NCBI GenBank assembly: GCA_036172245.1
Contig: JAYWIR010000017.1
Span: 1,426,001-1,490,000, forward strand
Reading direction: 5' to 3'
Source: Raillietiella orientalis
Taxonomy: Eukaryota
DNA: 64,000 bases
The notes under the pieces are model-generated. The model was not told the DNA's origin and ran no database searches. It saw only the letters and a list, made by a program, of their open reading frames with translations. Positions 50,401 to 61,900 of this stretch are shown in pieces; position 1 is the first letter of the stretch, and each line of letters begins with the position of its first letter. Position numbers and translations under genes: made by a program.

Positions 50401-51772
50401 TTCATTTCTTTCTTAGGACATTCTTTCATTAGAGCACATACGATCCATACTCTGGTTGATTTATTAGGAATCAAAAGTTCGATTGCTTATCATGCCGGTA
50501 ATGGCGTTTTTAATCTGCACGATGCATAAAGTTATCAAAGCAATGCCGCAAGCCGCTCGGATAAGAATTTCTTTTTTCACATGATTTTGAAAACCGGCGG
50601 AGAAAGACTACAATGTAGATTCAGCACTTGGAGAGAAGTAGGGACCTAAGATATTAAGCCAGCAAATATTTTTGGAAACCTCAAATCTAAGGTCCTTTTC
50701 CGTGCAACACTTTGCTGAAATTTTCGCTCTCCGAAGACCTTACGTCATCGGCCTTGCTCAATGCGGACGATTACTTGACTCTAGAAGCCAACTTAAAAGC
50801 ATTTCAGAAGGCTGGAGGAAACCTGAGTCACAAAAAGAGCAAATACGAAGCATCAGAACAATTACACAGTTACAGGAGCTGATGAGTTTGAAAGCTCCCG
50901 TCGCTTTTGTCGAGGAGGGAAGATTCATGGTAATCAAATAAACTGTGCACCTACAATTAGCGAACAGAAAAGAGCTTCCATCAAGTGCACATTGGTGTTC
51001 CAAGCTTTCAGAAAGAGTGAGGATCATCCAATCCCAAAGTGTGCAACGAGACTTCTCGATCCGTTTCTGAAAAACCGGTTCTCCATTTCTTCAACAAGTC
51101 TCACAGTCTTAGTACGTGAGAATTACCAAAGAGGTTTGACCACTCAGGAGCATTTTGGCGCTTGATGATACTCTCCCGTTCTGAAGCTACATCCTCTTCT
51201 GCGTCTCCACTGAGGATGTGAGCACCACCCGTTGCTCAGTAAACGAAAACGAAAAATTCGCTGTTTCTTCTCTCAACACAAGTGAAGGAATCAAGGGAGA
51301 AAGACGTTCTGGTCTTTCCCCTTTGGTTCCTTCACTTCTGTGTGAGACAAGGGGCTCTAAAGCAGTGTAAACAGACTCCCTTGTAGTGTTTTCAGTAGTG
51401 CCAAATCATGCAAACCAGGAGATACGCCCATGCTTTGCTTGCACGATGTATGCAAATTGCGCCATTTGCACGTTTACTTTCTGAATTACCCCGAAGATTC
51501 ACCACGTGCTCTGTTCTCACTTGATGAATCCTGAGGAAAGTAGTTTAGCTAGAAAACGTTTCCAGCTGAAGACACGTTTCTTTCTGATGGTACTTTCTAT
51601 GATATCAACACAATCTAATTCCCCATGGGGATGAGTTATGCTTGTGTAATCCCCATTCTTGTGTGATTCTTGTGATATTGGTCCCTACGCACATCAATTC
51701 AAAGCTCCTTTTTTATATCATATAGTAGCAAGCTTTGGAGTTTTTCCGGTGATAAGTGAACTTGGTTCCTAC

Positions 51773-53396
51773 GGAGGAAAGCCTGCTTGCATAGAGATTT
51801 CTATCTCTATAACAGTGGCTGGACTTTCGAGCCGAAGTACACGCTAAGCAATTAAAACGAATGCAATACACTTTCACCTCCTCGTTCCTCTCAGAATTCA
51901 AACATTCTCTCTGGAGTTTCCAAAAAAATCGAACGACAATTTGATTGGTTTCGAATGATGAAATGTTGGAGTAAAAGGAAACGCCGATTAGGAATCTTTA
52001 GAAGCACTGTTCTACTTAAGAACACAGAGTTCCCGGGATGGCGAGATTTATTCTTCAAATGTTCTAAGATGGGATGAACTTTTTTTTTCTTTCTAGATGC
52101 CCAGAGATAAATCGTGCCAATAATTAAGCATTTCGGCTAGGATGGTAGTTGGTTGTCGAGATCAAATTGCTCGAGGGCGCACTTGTAAACGCGAGGAAAT
52201 CTTTGTGAAAGATTTCATGTGTAGAGAATATTTGTAGCATCTTCTTGGGAGGCAAAAGTAGTTATGGACTTTGGAGTACAGGAGTTATGCGAATAGACCT
52301 CTCTTTAGAACGCTGAATCAGAATTTTGGTTCCGCAATAGAGCTTTAGAGTGAGAACAAAAGGTCAACTTGGATATTTTGCTCGACACACAGGTCAACTA
52401 CAATTTCAACAACTTGAAAATGTAGCCTGTAGTTGTTTTCCTGCTACTCGGTGCTGTTTGTGGTCATAATCTCCACTCCCAGTAACCGCGAACTTAACAG
52501 ATCCCTTAGTACAAAAGCATCCTATTCTTCCAAAATAAAATGTTGGCTTCTCAAATTATTTTCAGAGACATTTCTACCCAGGAAGAAAAGCCCTGAAATG
52601 TGAGTTTTCTTCCTTCGTCACGCACTGTGTGTTGTATGTGTTGTGTGTAGATGCATTAGCCCACAAGTGATTCATTAGCTTTCGTTGAGTTACTTCTCAT
52701 ACGCAGTTCGTCTTGAATAGGCTTTTCATGACAGCGGCTGATGGAAAAAGAGGAAAATAAATCACCCATCTCTGATCAAACCAAATGTATGCATCCGGAA
52801 GGACTGCGATTCTCTCCGACTTGATGTTCCTTGCAGCTCTAATTAGGAACTTTCAAAACGAATCCTCAACTGCCTTATCTACCACTTACACTTTATTGCA
52901 GCTGTCTTCTATCGTTAGAGGGAATCTTTCGAAAATAAACCATCGTTTTTTCTATCTTCTCTTGAAGGAGTTTAATCAAATACTCAATCTGCTTCGTCCA
53001 TTTGCATTATGGAAAGTGCAAGGAACTCCTCAAAGAATCTGAATTAGACTCGAGCTAGGGAATTTTTGAAAAAAATCATTTTCCCCAAGAAGGGAAGAAC
53101 CTTTAATTTGAATTTTCGGAGGATTTTAGTTTCGCAAGCATCACGAAACTACTCGGCTCAGTGCGAAGGGCAGCTACTGATTTTGCTTCTTCTTGTTTGC
53201 TGAGAACATAAGTCTGACTTGCTGGACATTGCTGCCCGTGAGAATTGGTTTTAGGCAAGGAAAAAGACTGTGTCCACTCTTCAAAACATCAATCTTTTGC
53301 AACAGCATCCCGCGCTGGTTGTTTGCTAATTTTTTATCATCAGTAATAACAATTTTCACTTCCTTGCCATCGTTTACGTCCAGAACAATTTGATAT
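51773..53396 (-). CDS. Candidate spliced gene fragment, kinase-fold-like (pseudokinase or pseudogene): join(53396-53219,52951-52890,52838-52766,51843-51773)
   Basis: Four GT-AG bounded, phase-compatible exons, including a 51-nt intron with a GTAAGT donor, give a stop-free peptide of about 128 aa with kinase-like subdomain order. One acceptor (52952) is purine-rich. Confidence 0.35.
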
Positions 53397-54201
53397 CTAA
53401 AGTGAATCCAATACTTTGCCAACAACAGTAGGCGAAAAGCACCATAGGCATGGGAAGTCAGTGAAGGTCTCTGAGAATCAGTGTTGCATTCCCATTTAAC
53501 CGTTGCCAAGTCCCATCCTGTAAGATCGAGGGAATGAGATTTATGCAAAGCATTCCTCTAAGAAACACCAGCTTTCATTCTGCAATTTTAGAATTCAGCT
53601 CCAATAGAGGGTGCTCAAATGTATCACGAACCATGTTAACCTTTGCTGAGTGTGAGGAACGTTTGCTATTTCAGTTTCAGATGCATGGATCCTTGGAACC
53701 GCATTACCAACTTTCATACCCACCGCTTTTACTACCCCCAGTTACAAGGCCGTTTTTCTTTTAAAAGCAATCTGTTCTCTATTGCATCCAGCTTTTGTTT
53801 GTTTTTGTGTCCTAGTTGTATTCGCATAACAGTTTTCTCTCTCCAAATTGCAGGATGCAAAGAAGGGAAATGAGAAGAGATACCAGATGAAATCCACGTG
53901 TTAATTCCTCCTAGAAAAAAAAAAAAAACACCTAGTACTCCCTCAGTGGTGACCTCAGACACTCTCCTTCGCTTTTATTCCCTAATCTCTACATGGTTCT
54001 AAGCAGCGCATCTTTTTTTTTTTTTGGCTTCCTTCCTTTCTTTCCGCATTTGTCAATTTGTCCAGCTTTTGCAAGACAAAAACACATCTGTGGACAAGAA
54101 TGGCAGCACGAGATCACCTGCCCACCATCTGCATGGATGCAGTTAAACAGGAAATTCGCAGGAGCACATGCAAAACTCGGATCAGGTTCGTGAATGGCGC
54201 G

Positions 54202-54561
54202 TTTCTTTGACAGTGCGTCCGGCGCTGACAGCGAACTCTTGGACTGTAGTAGAGATTACCTGTGGTCGTAGAAAGAAAGAAAGAAAAAAAAAAAAAACGA
54301 CAGAATCCACAGTTGTCCTTCTTGCTGCAGAAATAGAACGCGGTAAAAAGAAAAAAAGAGCAAATTCCAGCGTGCAGGCATGGCACTCAATTCGTTGCAC
54401 AAAAATGCTTGCGAGAATTCCTGTGGAATTATTCCAAGTGTAAGAGTGGTCCGCATGATCCACCCTGTTGACTTAAGGGATTCGGAATTCCTATTTTTGT
54501 CTTTTTATGTCCAAGGCTTTCCAATTATTTGGAGGGCACTTCGGACGCACTGTCAAAGAAA
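54202..54561. repeat. 360-bp segment bounded by perfect 20-bp inverted repeats (MITE-like)
   Basis: tttctttgacagtgcgtccg (54202-54221) and cggacgcactgtcaaagaaa (54542-54561); no target-site duplication seen. Confidence 0.7.
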
Positions 54562-56587
54562 TGCAGAAAGAAATCTGGTTTTGCATGGCCCCTCTGAAAG
54601 AACTGTATGAGAGATCGTTGCAGCCTGTGCCAATGGCGACTGAGAAAACTTGGCTATGACGTACAGATACAGATGTACAGATGTTTTTGTTGCTCTTCGA
54701 CGTCACCGTTAGTATAATGGATTGCAGGTCGCTAATTAATTGGGAATTTCTTACAGCAGAATGGTTTTTTTTTTGAATCCTCATTTCAATGAGTGTTACA
54801 AAAATGTCAGAGAACATCCCGAGATAAGTAGGGAAGATCGCATCAAAATTTCAATCACAAATGTTTTCTCCTGAATCTGAGGTATTGGCAAGCAAGAGCC
54901 TCATGAGCAAAAATGCTCCTACCAGGTTCAAAGACTTTTCCATGGTCTATCCTGTATTTCTGTGTACTGCATCATACATACATGTCATCATTGCTCCCGA
55001 ATGTTTCCGTGTTCGTTGAGAACGTGAACAATTGCGAAAGAGCTTTCGTTCTAAACACGGAATTCAAATTACACAAATTACGACAAGGGATGCTGGTTTT
55101 GAGTACCTCTCTCTTAAGTTAAGGAAACCGACTCGCATTTCCTTCTCGAGTGACATCAGCAAGTTCTTCTAAAACATATTATAATAATCGCCTGAATGCT
55201 CTCTTGCCATCAAAGCACCAAGTGATCGAGCATCTTAACAGGAAGAGACATCTCAGCGAACATCTAAGGACGTTCAGAGCATCAGGGATTTTCCACAGTG
55301 AGGAGCATATGATTTCCCAGATGCGAATTTTGTGCGTTGCTCAACGCTGCTCTTCGCATACCCGGTGCATACGACTTGTATGTTGGGTGACCGTTTTCAA
55401 GCACTGGGTCCGCATGAGCTGAGCTGCTTTGAGCATGACCCTTCCAAAGTCAAAAAGGAAAGTTTCCTTTCCCAGTGATTGACAACGGGTATTTCGCAGA
55501 AACTTGCAATCTAGGGAAGTATTTATGATTCAAACTCGAAATTGCGGAAGGAAAACATTGCATTTCCTCATCTTCGTGACTCCCAAGTAACGAGGGTTCT
55601 AAGAGCAAGTGATGGAGTCTGATTAACCTTCCTTAGATGAAGCAGATGAACAGAGGAAAACCCTTCTAGCTCTATATGATTTATAGTCATATAAATCATA
55701 CAGCAGCTCATATTCTGTGGCCATACTGTCAGTCCTAAGTAGCTTTTGATTCCGATGTTTCCCATACCTTGATGTCTGATGTTAAGAATTCCATCCCTAA
55801 AGTTACCTCTAGCAACAACAGTCAATCTGGGAAGAACAAACTTAAAGTACCACTAGTCAAGCACAACCCTCTACGTTTTTCAGTCTCTCACTATCAGTGT
55901 ATCCACTAGTGGATGCTGCTATTTACAGGGCTAGAGACAATTCATGCACTGCTGGGAACACATGTTCCATGATCATGCTTCCTGTTAAAAACTAAATTTC
56001 TTTGATGCTCAATTGGTTGACGAATATAAGAGCAATCGTGTATTGAGAGGTGTTGTGTTTCTTCCTAAAACTACAGTAACAATTTTCTCTACAGGTTGAA
56101 TATTGCTGCTACATATGTCTTGCGTAATTTGAGCAGATATCTATCCAGCCCATTGCTACTGCAGAGTGTTTTAAGTCATCTGGTGAGTAATCTCCTATGT
56201 TTCAGTTCAGGACTGGAAGCGTCCAAGAGCCACTAAGGGGACAGCATTGAGATCATCTAGAAACGAGCGAGGAAACAATTTCTTAAAAAGATGATTAAGT
56301 CAGTAAGTCCCGCATTTGTTGTTTCCACAGACGAAAAGGCATGAAGTGAAGAGGGAAAATGAAGATAGATATTACTCAGATCTCAGTGGATGGCAAGGGT
56401 AACTGTCAGTCAGCCTCCGAAGCAAAACATCAGCAAAGTTTTAAAGTCTTATCTTTGCCTTCTTTAAGAGAGTAGCTGATGAAAGAGCTTAAAAGTGTGT
56501 TGGTGGCTTTGATGCCATACGTAGTCCTTGAACAGCATGACAGGAAAATTTGTCCCAGAAAGCACCTACACCTGAAAACTTCGATTG

Positions 56588-56675
56588 ATATATATATATA
56601 TTATTCCTATATATAGGAATAATATATATATGTAATATAGAATAATATGTATATGTATATATATATATATATATA
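56588..56675. repeat. (TA)n microsatellite complex containing a perfect 40-bp palindrome
   Basis: 56592-56631 atatatatattattcctatatataggaataatatatatat is its own reverse complement. Confidence 0.9.
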
Positions 56676-58351
56676 TTTCCCTCAAGAGCTAGTTAGTCCT
56701 CAAAGTTGAGTTTTTAAGCTTGCAGAGTAACAAGGCCCCTCGTTATGGAAGCAGCTTAACCCTGAATTTTTTTACAAGCCTGATAATCGGGAAAAGCAGC
56801 TTGAAGGATTTATCTTCAAGTGCGCTAATGAAAGAGTCATTTCCTCTTGTTTACGAGACTGGAAGCTGAAAATTCATTCGAACTACAAAAATTCGTGCTT
56901 GCAAAACGCGAGAGTGGAAGTCCCTGCTGAAAGGTGCCTCGCTAAAAGGTTTTGCACTTCACTGTGTTCTCCTACAATGTCTCCGTTCTTCAAGAGCTGT
57001 CACGAACAAATCCATCTTGTGGCTGAGCTTAACTACCGAAGACCAGAGGGAACCTTGTCCGGATCGCAAGTAGAAAAAGGGAGTTTGTCTTCATCTTCAG
57101 CATATTTATTGCTAGAAAATCTTGTAATAATTTTGGAAAGTTCCTGTTAATCCGATGGTGTCTCCCTCTGCGCTGCAAATCGTTGGTCGACGATTCTGAT
57201 ACACGATAGATTGATAAGAAAATCCAAAGGAGGTAATGAAGATAGAATTCCGGAAGCGGATGTGAAATTGAGGGAATATTCTCGGATTCTACGATGTGGT
57301 ACAATTCTGGGGAGGCAAATCCTTTTTGTTTATTCATCTCACAGTGTCCTTGGTTTTTGTGAAGGGCAGCCCCACATCAGCTAAGCCCATGCAAATGCTT
57401 TCACATCTCCTTCGAGGGTTTTTGTTTCGTATGCCGGCAATAAGCCTAGCTAGGCAATCTCTAGAAAGCAAGTAGTTGGGACGTACGACATCATTCGATC
57501 AAGCTGAGATCGATGAACATTAGATCACTTTAGCTTGAAGACGGTGCTATCGAAGTGGAGAAGTACGAATAGATCAGAACTTCATAATGCATTGACACGG
57601 CCAAGAGGTGCAACACCAAAATCTTAAGCTCGTATAGAACACAAAAAGACCAGGATTGCTTAGTTTTCTAGGAACCATGTCTAGAAAACCGTACATCCGA
57701 ACAAAGTATGAACCAGTAGAAGGCACTGAAGCATTCAGTGGAAGGAAAGAATAGAGAAGCCACCCATCCATTAAAGATGCCATTCATTAAGTTGAGATCG
57801 AATTGTGTTTTGAAGCATGATTATCATCCTACTGGACTAAGGTGGAGCTGGGATCATAACTAAAAGGAGGAAGTGTTTTATCGCAATAAGCAAAAACACC
57901 TTGAAAAACTCCCCTCTGGCTTCTAACACGAACTGTGGAAACTTTGTCAAGTTCGTGAAGAAAGGATAGGATTCGACATCATTTGAGCAGCGGAGACTAG
58001 AGAATAGAAGCGTGACCAAAAAACAAAAAAAAGTGTCGGCTATGATTTGAGAAGATTGTAACTCTTGGTACGTGAACGTTAATAGTCAAATAGGAGGGAA
58101 ATGAAAATCCCGTCGAGGTGAATGGGAAGGGAAACATCTTTGCCCCAGGCACTTGGAAAGGCGTTGCTTTTTCAAGGGGACCACCGATTTTATACACGGA
58201 GGAGCTCGACAAGCAAAGACTCTTCGTCATGCAGGGTCGAAACGATGACTTCCGTGAGTGACACTGCGTTTGGTGGGGCTGGTCATCAAAGAGGGAAATC
58301 AAAAAAGGCGGAGCTCTGAGATGTCCTTGGAATCCGAATGGCTTTTATTGG

Positions 58352-58910
58352 ATGATGCATTTTCGAAGAAAAGGAACTTCGATTCTGAATGTCTGTAAAT
58401 ATGCCGTTTCTGAAACACGTTTGTTTCGGGCACCTTGCCAGTGCCAAAGAGGAAACACGCAAAAAAAAAAAAAAAAATTCAGTGGACTCGTCCTCATCTA
58501 TCCGGATCAAGTTTCGCATGCCTTTCATCCTGCTGAGAACCATGAATTGAGGCTTGAAGATCGCAAGGTGGTCTTTGTGGGCTCAAATGCACGGATGTTG
58601 ACAGTTGAAATCAAGCGGGTCATTTGGAAGCGGTGCACCAGCTGCAAGCACCTTCACGAGCTCTTTTTTCTCCTTATGGGAGTTCGCTCGGCTGCGAACC
58701 TGCACCCCAAGTCCCGGCGTTCCATCGAGTGCGGTATTTAACATTCAAGAAACATCAAGGAAAAAAGTTGCACATGGCTGCTCGAGGGGAGGAAGACTGC
58801 AGAGGCCCATCATGCTCGGACTTTTGTGACCGTACTACTTGATATAACTTGATGATGATGTTACAAATGATGAGGACAGAATCGAGGAGAGGGATGGAGA
58901 CGAAGAGTGA
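58352..58910 (+). mobile_element. PIF/Harbinger (DDE_Tnp_4-like) transposase fossil
   Basis: FRRKGTSILNV (for Y.NRKG..S.NV), VVFVGSNA (for VF.GD.AY), NLHPKSRRSIECG (for N..H...R..IE.AFG) and an acidic tail DDDVTNDEDRIEE occur in the expected order. The Asp of the GD motif is lost. Confidence 0.5.
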
Positions 58911-61900
58911 ACGTCCAAACACTAGAAAGGATTGCAGTTTTCGATGGAAGCGCTGTGGCTCAAAAAAATTCTTCAGAAACCACAGTCATTGAAGTTTATC
59001 TAGGATACAGCAATGCCTGCAGACGACTTCGCGTGCTGTTCCCTTATCCTGGATCACCCAGTATGGTGATGAATAGACTGAGGCCAGCTGCGGAGAAACA
59101 GAAAGATTCGTTCTACTACTCTCTTCCAGGTCGCCATGAAATGCCACTCGAAAATGAATATTCCAGAGCGGAATTTTAGCAATCCAATGACATGTAGCAA
59201 TCCCTGTAGCAAGATCGGGATTCTCGCAGATCGATCAACTTTGAGGGGATCTTTGATGTATTTTCCCTGGCTCCAGGGGGAATGCAATCACCATTCCATG
59301 TAGGGCCTTCACTTTAAGGCTGAAGCAATGAACTCTTCTCCGCCTTTTGTGCTAGAAGAAAACCTGCTTTCTCACGGAAGTTCCGCGTCACAGAAAGATA
59401 TGCGAAGGAAGGAGGAAAGTCCCGTATTAGCAGCCTCGGCCTCTCTTCTCTTCGGTCAATTTTTTGGTAGTGAGAGTGATCGAAGATCCATTGCCGTGTC
59501 TTAGGAATTTCCTGTATCTTAAGAATAAAGGGAAACAGGAGTCCAAGGAGCCCAGGAATATTCGTCGTTCCGCTTCTCTTCGAATGAGGCGTGATGTGAT
59601 AGATTGTCTGGATTTTTTGTCGGATTCGCAGGGAACAGTGTAACCTGGTGGTTCATGAATTCTCGGCCCTATGGGAGGAATGCATGAAAGAAATACCAGG
59701 AAGAAATGTGCAGAGGAAGGATATCCTGACAGCCAAGAACGGAAGAAAACACCGGGAACAATATTGAAGAGCAGGAAAACGGAATTTCCGCAATTTCTGG
59801 CTAAGTGGTTTCCATACTCGTCTCCAATGCTGTTGTACAGCAACCATCAGCCGCCTGTAGAAAGTTCTTCCGCACGACCCTCTATCTGAATTGATCTTTT
59901 TGTATGATTTTGTGTTTCACCGTCTCACATATTGCCCTCCCCATTTTAGCGTATGAAATTCGGCAATGAATTAAGCAAATAATGAAATACTTCCTTATAA
60001 TAACACGGCTGTCCATTCCATTTATTTTGCAAAGCGTATTAGAATCGATAAGGCTCACAAAATGATTATTTGTGTGAACTAATGGGCAAGAAATGATTTT
60101 CTACGAACGCTTGTCATTGAGAATCGTCACTTGGGGCATCGGTGCATTTTGTCTCCGTCGTCTACTTCCAAGACTACATTATCACATTGGGAAGGCACGG
60201 TCGTCTCTCGGCCCTACTCTTTAACAGTACTATTTTTGGATTTTCCTGCCTGAGCCTTGTATTCAAAGATCAAGTGAAGCTGGAGGAATGAATGCATCCT
60301 TATTAGTTCATCATGGATGTTTTTCTTATTTTTGGTGGCATTAGTGTCTTCATCTAATTGCTTGGGAGTCTAAACAGAGGTGGATTAAGTTGGAAAAAGT
60401 TGATATTAAGCTAAAATTGTGAGATAAAAATGCCTAACAGGAGTACAACTTGAATGGCAACTTTGATGGAGAGAATTCGAAGAGGTCTCGTAAAGAAATG
60501 TCCTTGAGGACTTCATTTCTTTTGAGCCGAAATGTTCTTCTTCTATATGCTTTGTGTGAATAACGATCACCGAATGATGGCAATTCATCATGTGCGTGTA
60601 GTGTCTCAGACGGCTAGAAAATTGCAGAATGTTAGATTCTCGAACCACATGCTTCCTAGAAGATAAGAATTCTGAAGGGTGTTCAGAAGATACACGTAAA
60701 GTAAGCAACCGCATTCGTACAGCCCTCTCTAGAAATGAAGTCATGGAAACTCCGCTTGTTGGCAACCAAGAATTATCTAGAATTCAGTCCATTCCTCATT
60801 TTTCTTCCTCTTCAAGCAACACTATGTCCGTCGGAAGTTTCGATGCGATTCAGAAAGATTCGGCTGCATCCTTGATCATTCGGAATTACTCTCAAATAAA
60901 TAAACAGGAAGCACTCCAGTTTTTAATAGGTTGATGCTAAGAAATAGAAGATGCACCGATAGTCTCTGATGTTCTTCAGTCTGAAATCCAAAGTCAAGCT
61001 TCGTGCCTTAATGCTCCAAATACAAAGTTTCTCCCAATAAGATAAGTATGGAGTTATCTGCGAACAACAGTTAAGACGTGTCTGGAAGTAGACATTTTTT
61101 ATTTTTGAATCAGCTCCGAGTTAAGGTCATTTTACGGTCCAACAAAATGAACCAAAATGGCCTCAACAGAATTCTGAGATAAAATTCGATGAAGCCAAAT
61201 TCCTGCTCCAAGCCTATTCCATAACCCCAGAAAAAGGAAACCCACATCTCTCAATATTTATTCTCTATTTTCCGTTTTTTTTCCCCCTTTTTTCACCTAC
61301 AAAGATATACACCCTAGAAAGGATGTATGAAGACATGATCGTGAAATGAATTAGAAAGCCTGTTGTCTTCAGTACTTACTGGCTGTCTGCCATCGCGTCT
61401 GTATTTTGCACTAGAATTTTAAAATGGCTTTGAAACTTTTTACACTATTTAAAATGTTCCGATGAAGAATCGAAAGTTATTCTCTTGCTTCTCCTCGTTG
61501 GTTTCCATGCTGTCCTAAGTAATGCACTCGTAATTATGCTCGGACTACAAAAAAGCCAGTCCTACTTCCTGTAGAATTATAAAAAAAAAAAAAAAAAAGC
61601 GCAAGTTAGGCAGGAATGTAAGAAACAAATGGAGGACGGTACAAGCACGGGACTTTTAACTGAGTGAGAGACCAAGCATCAATCCAAATCAGCCTAAGGT
61701 ATTTACAGAAATGGAAAGAAAAAAAAGGTGCAATCTTGAATTTCTGATGAAACAAAATGAGAAGAGGTCAACAAAAGAACGAGCCCTAGGCAGCCAATCC
61801 AAATACCAAATAGAGGGGAAAGCATCATTTCTTCGCATCGAGATTAGTTCTAAATCAGAAAAACAAATACAAGAACCCGGGCGAATCGACGGCCACGAAA

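Noticed and set aside
55901..55934. 14-bp palindrome followed by CTAG, as a possible Helitron 3' end
   Set aside because: The hairpin is not GC-rich, the spacing is atypical, and there is no other Helitron evidence.
56095..58254. Scattered + strand exon-like segments (56095, 56165, 56330, 58094)
   Set aside because: They could not be joined into a convincing frame. The 58094 segment may instead be the N-terminal part of the Harbinger fossil.
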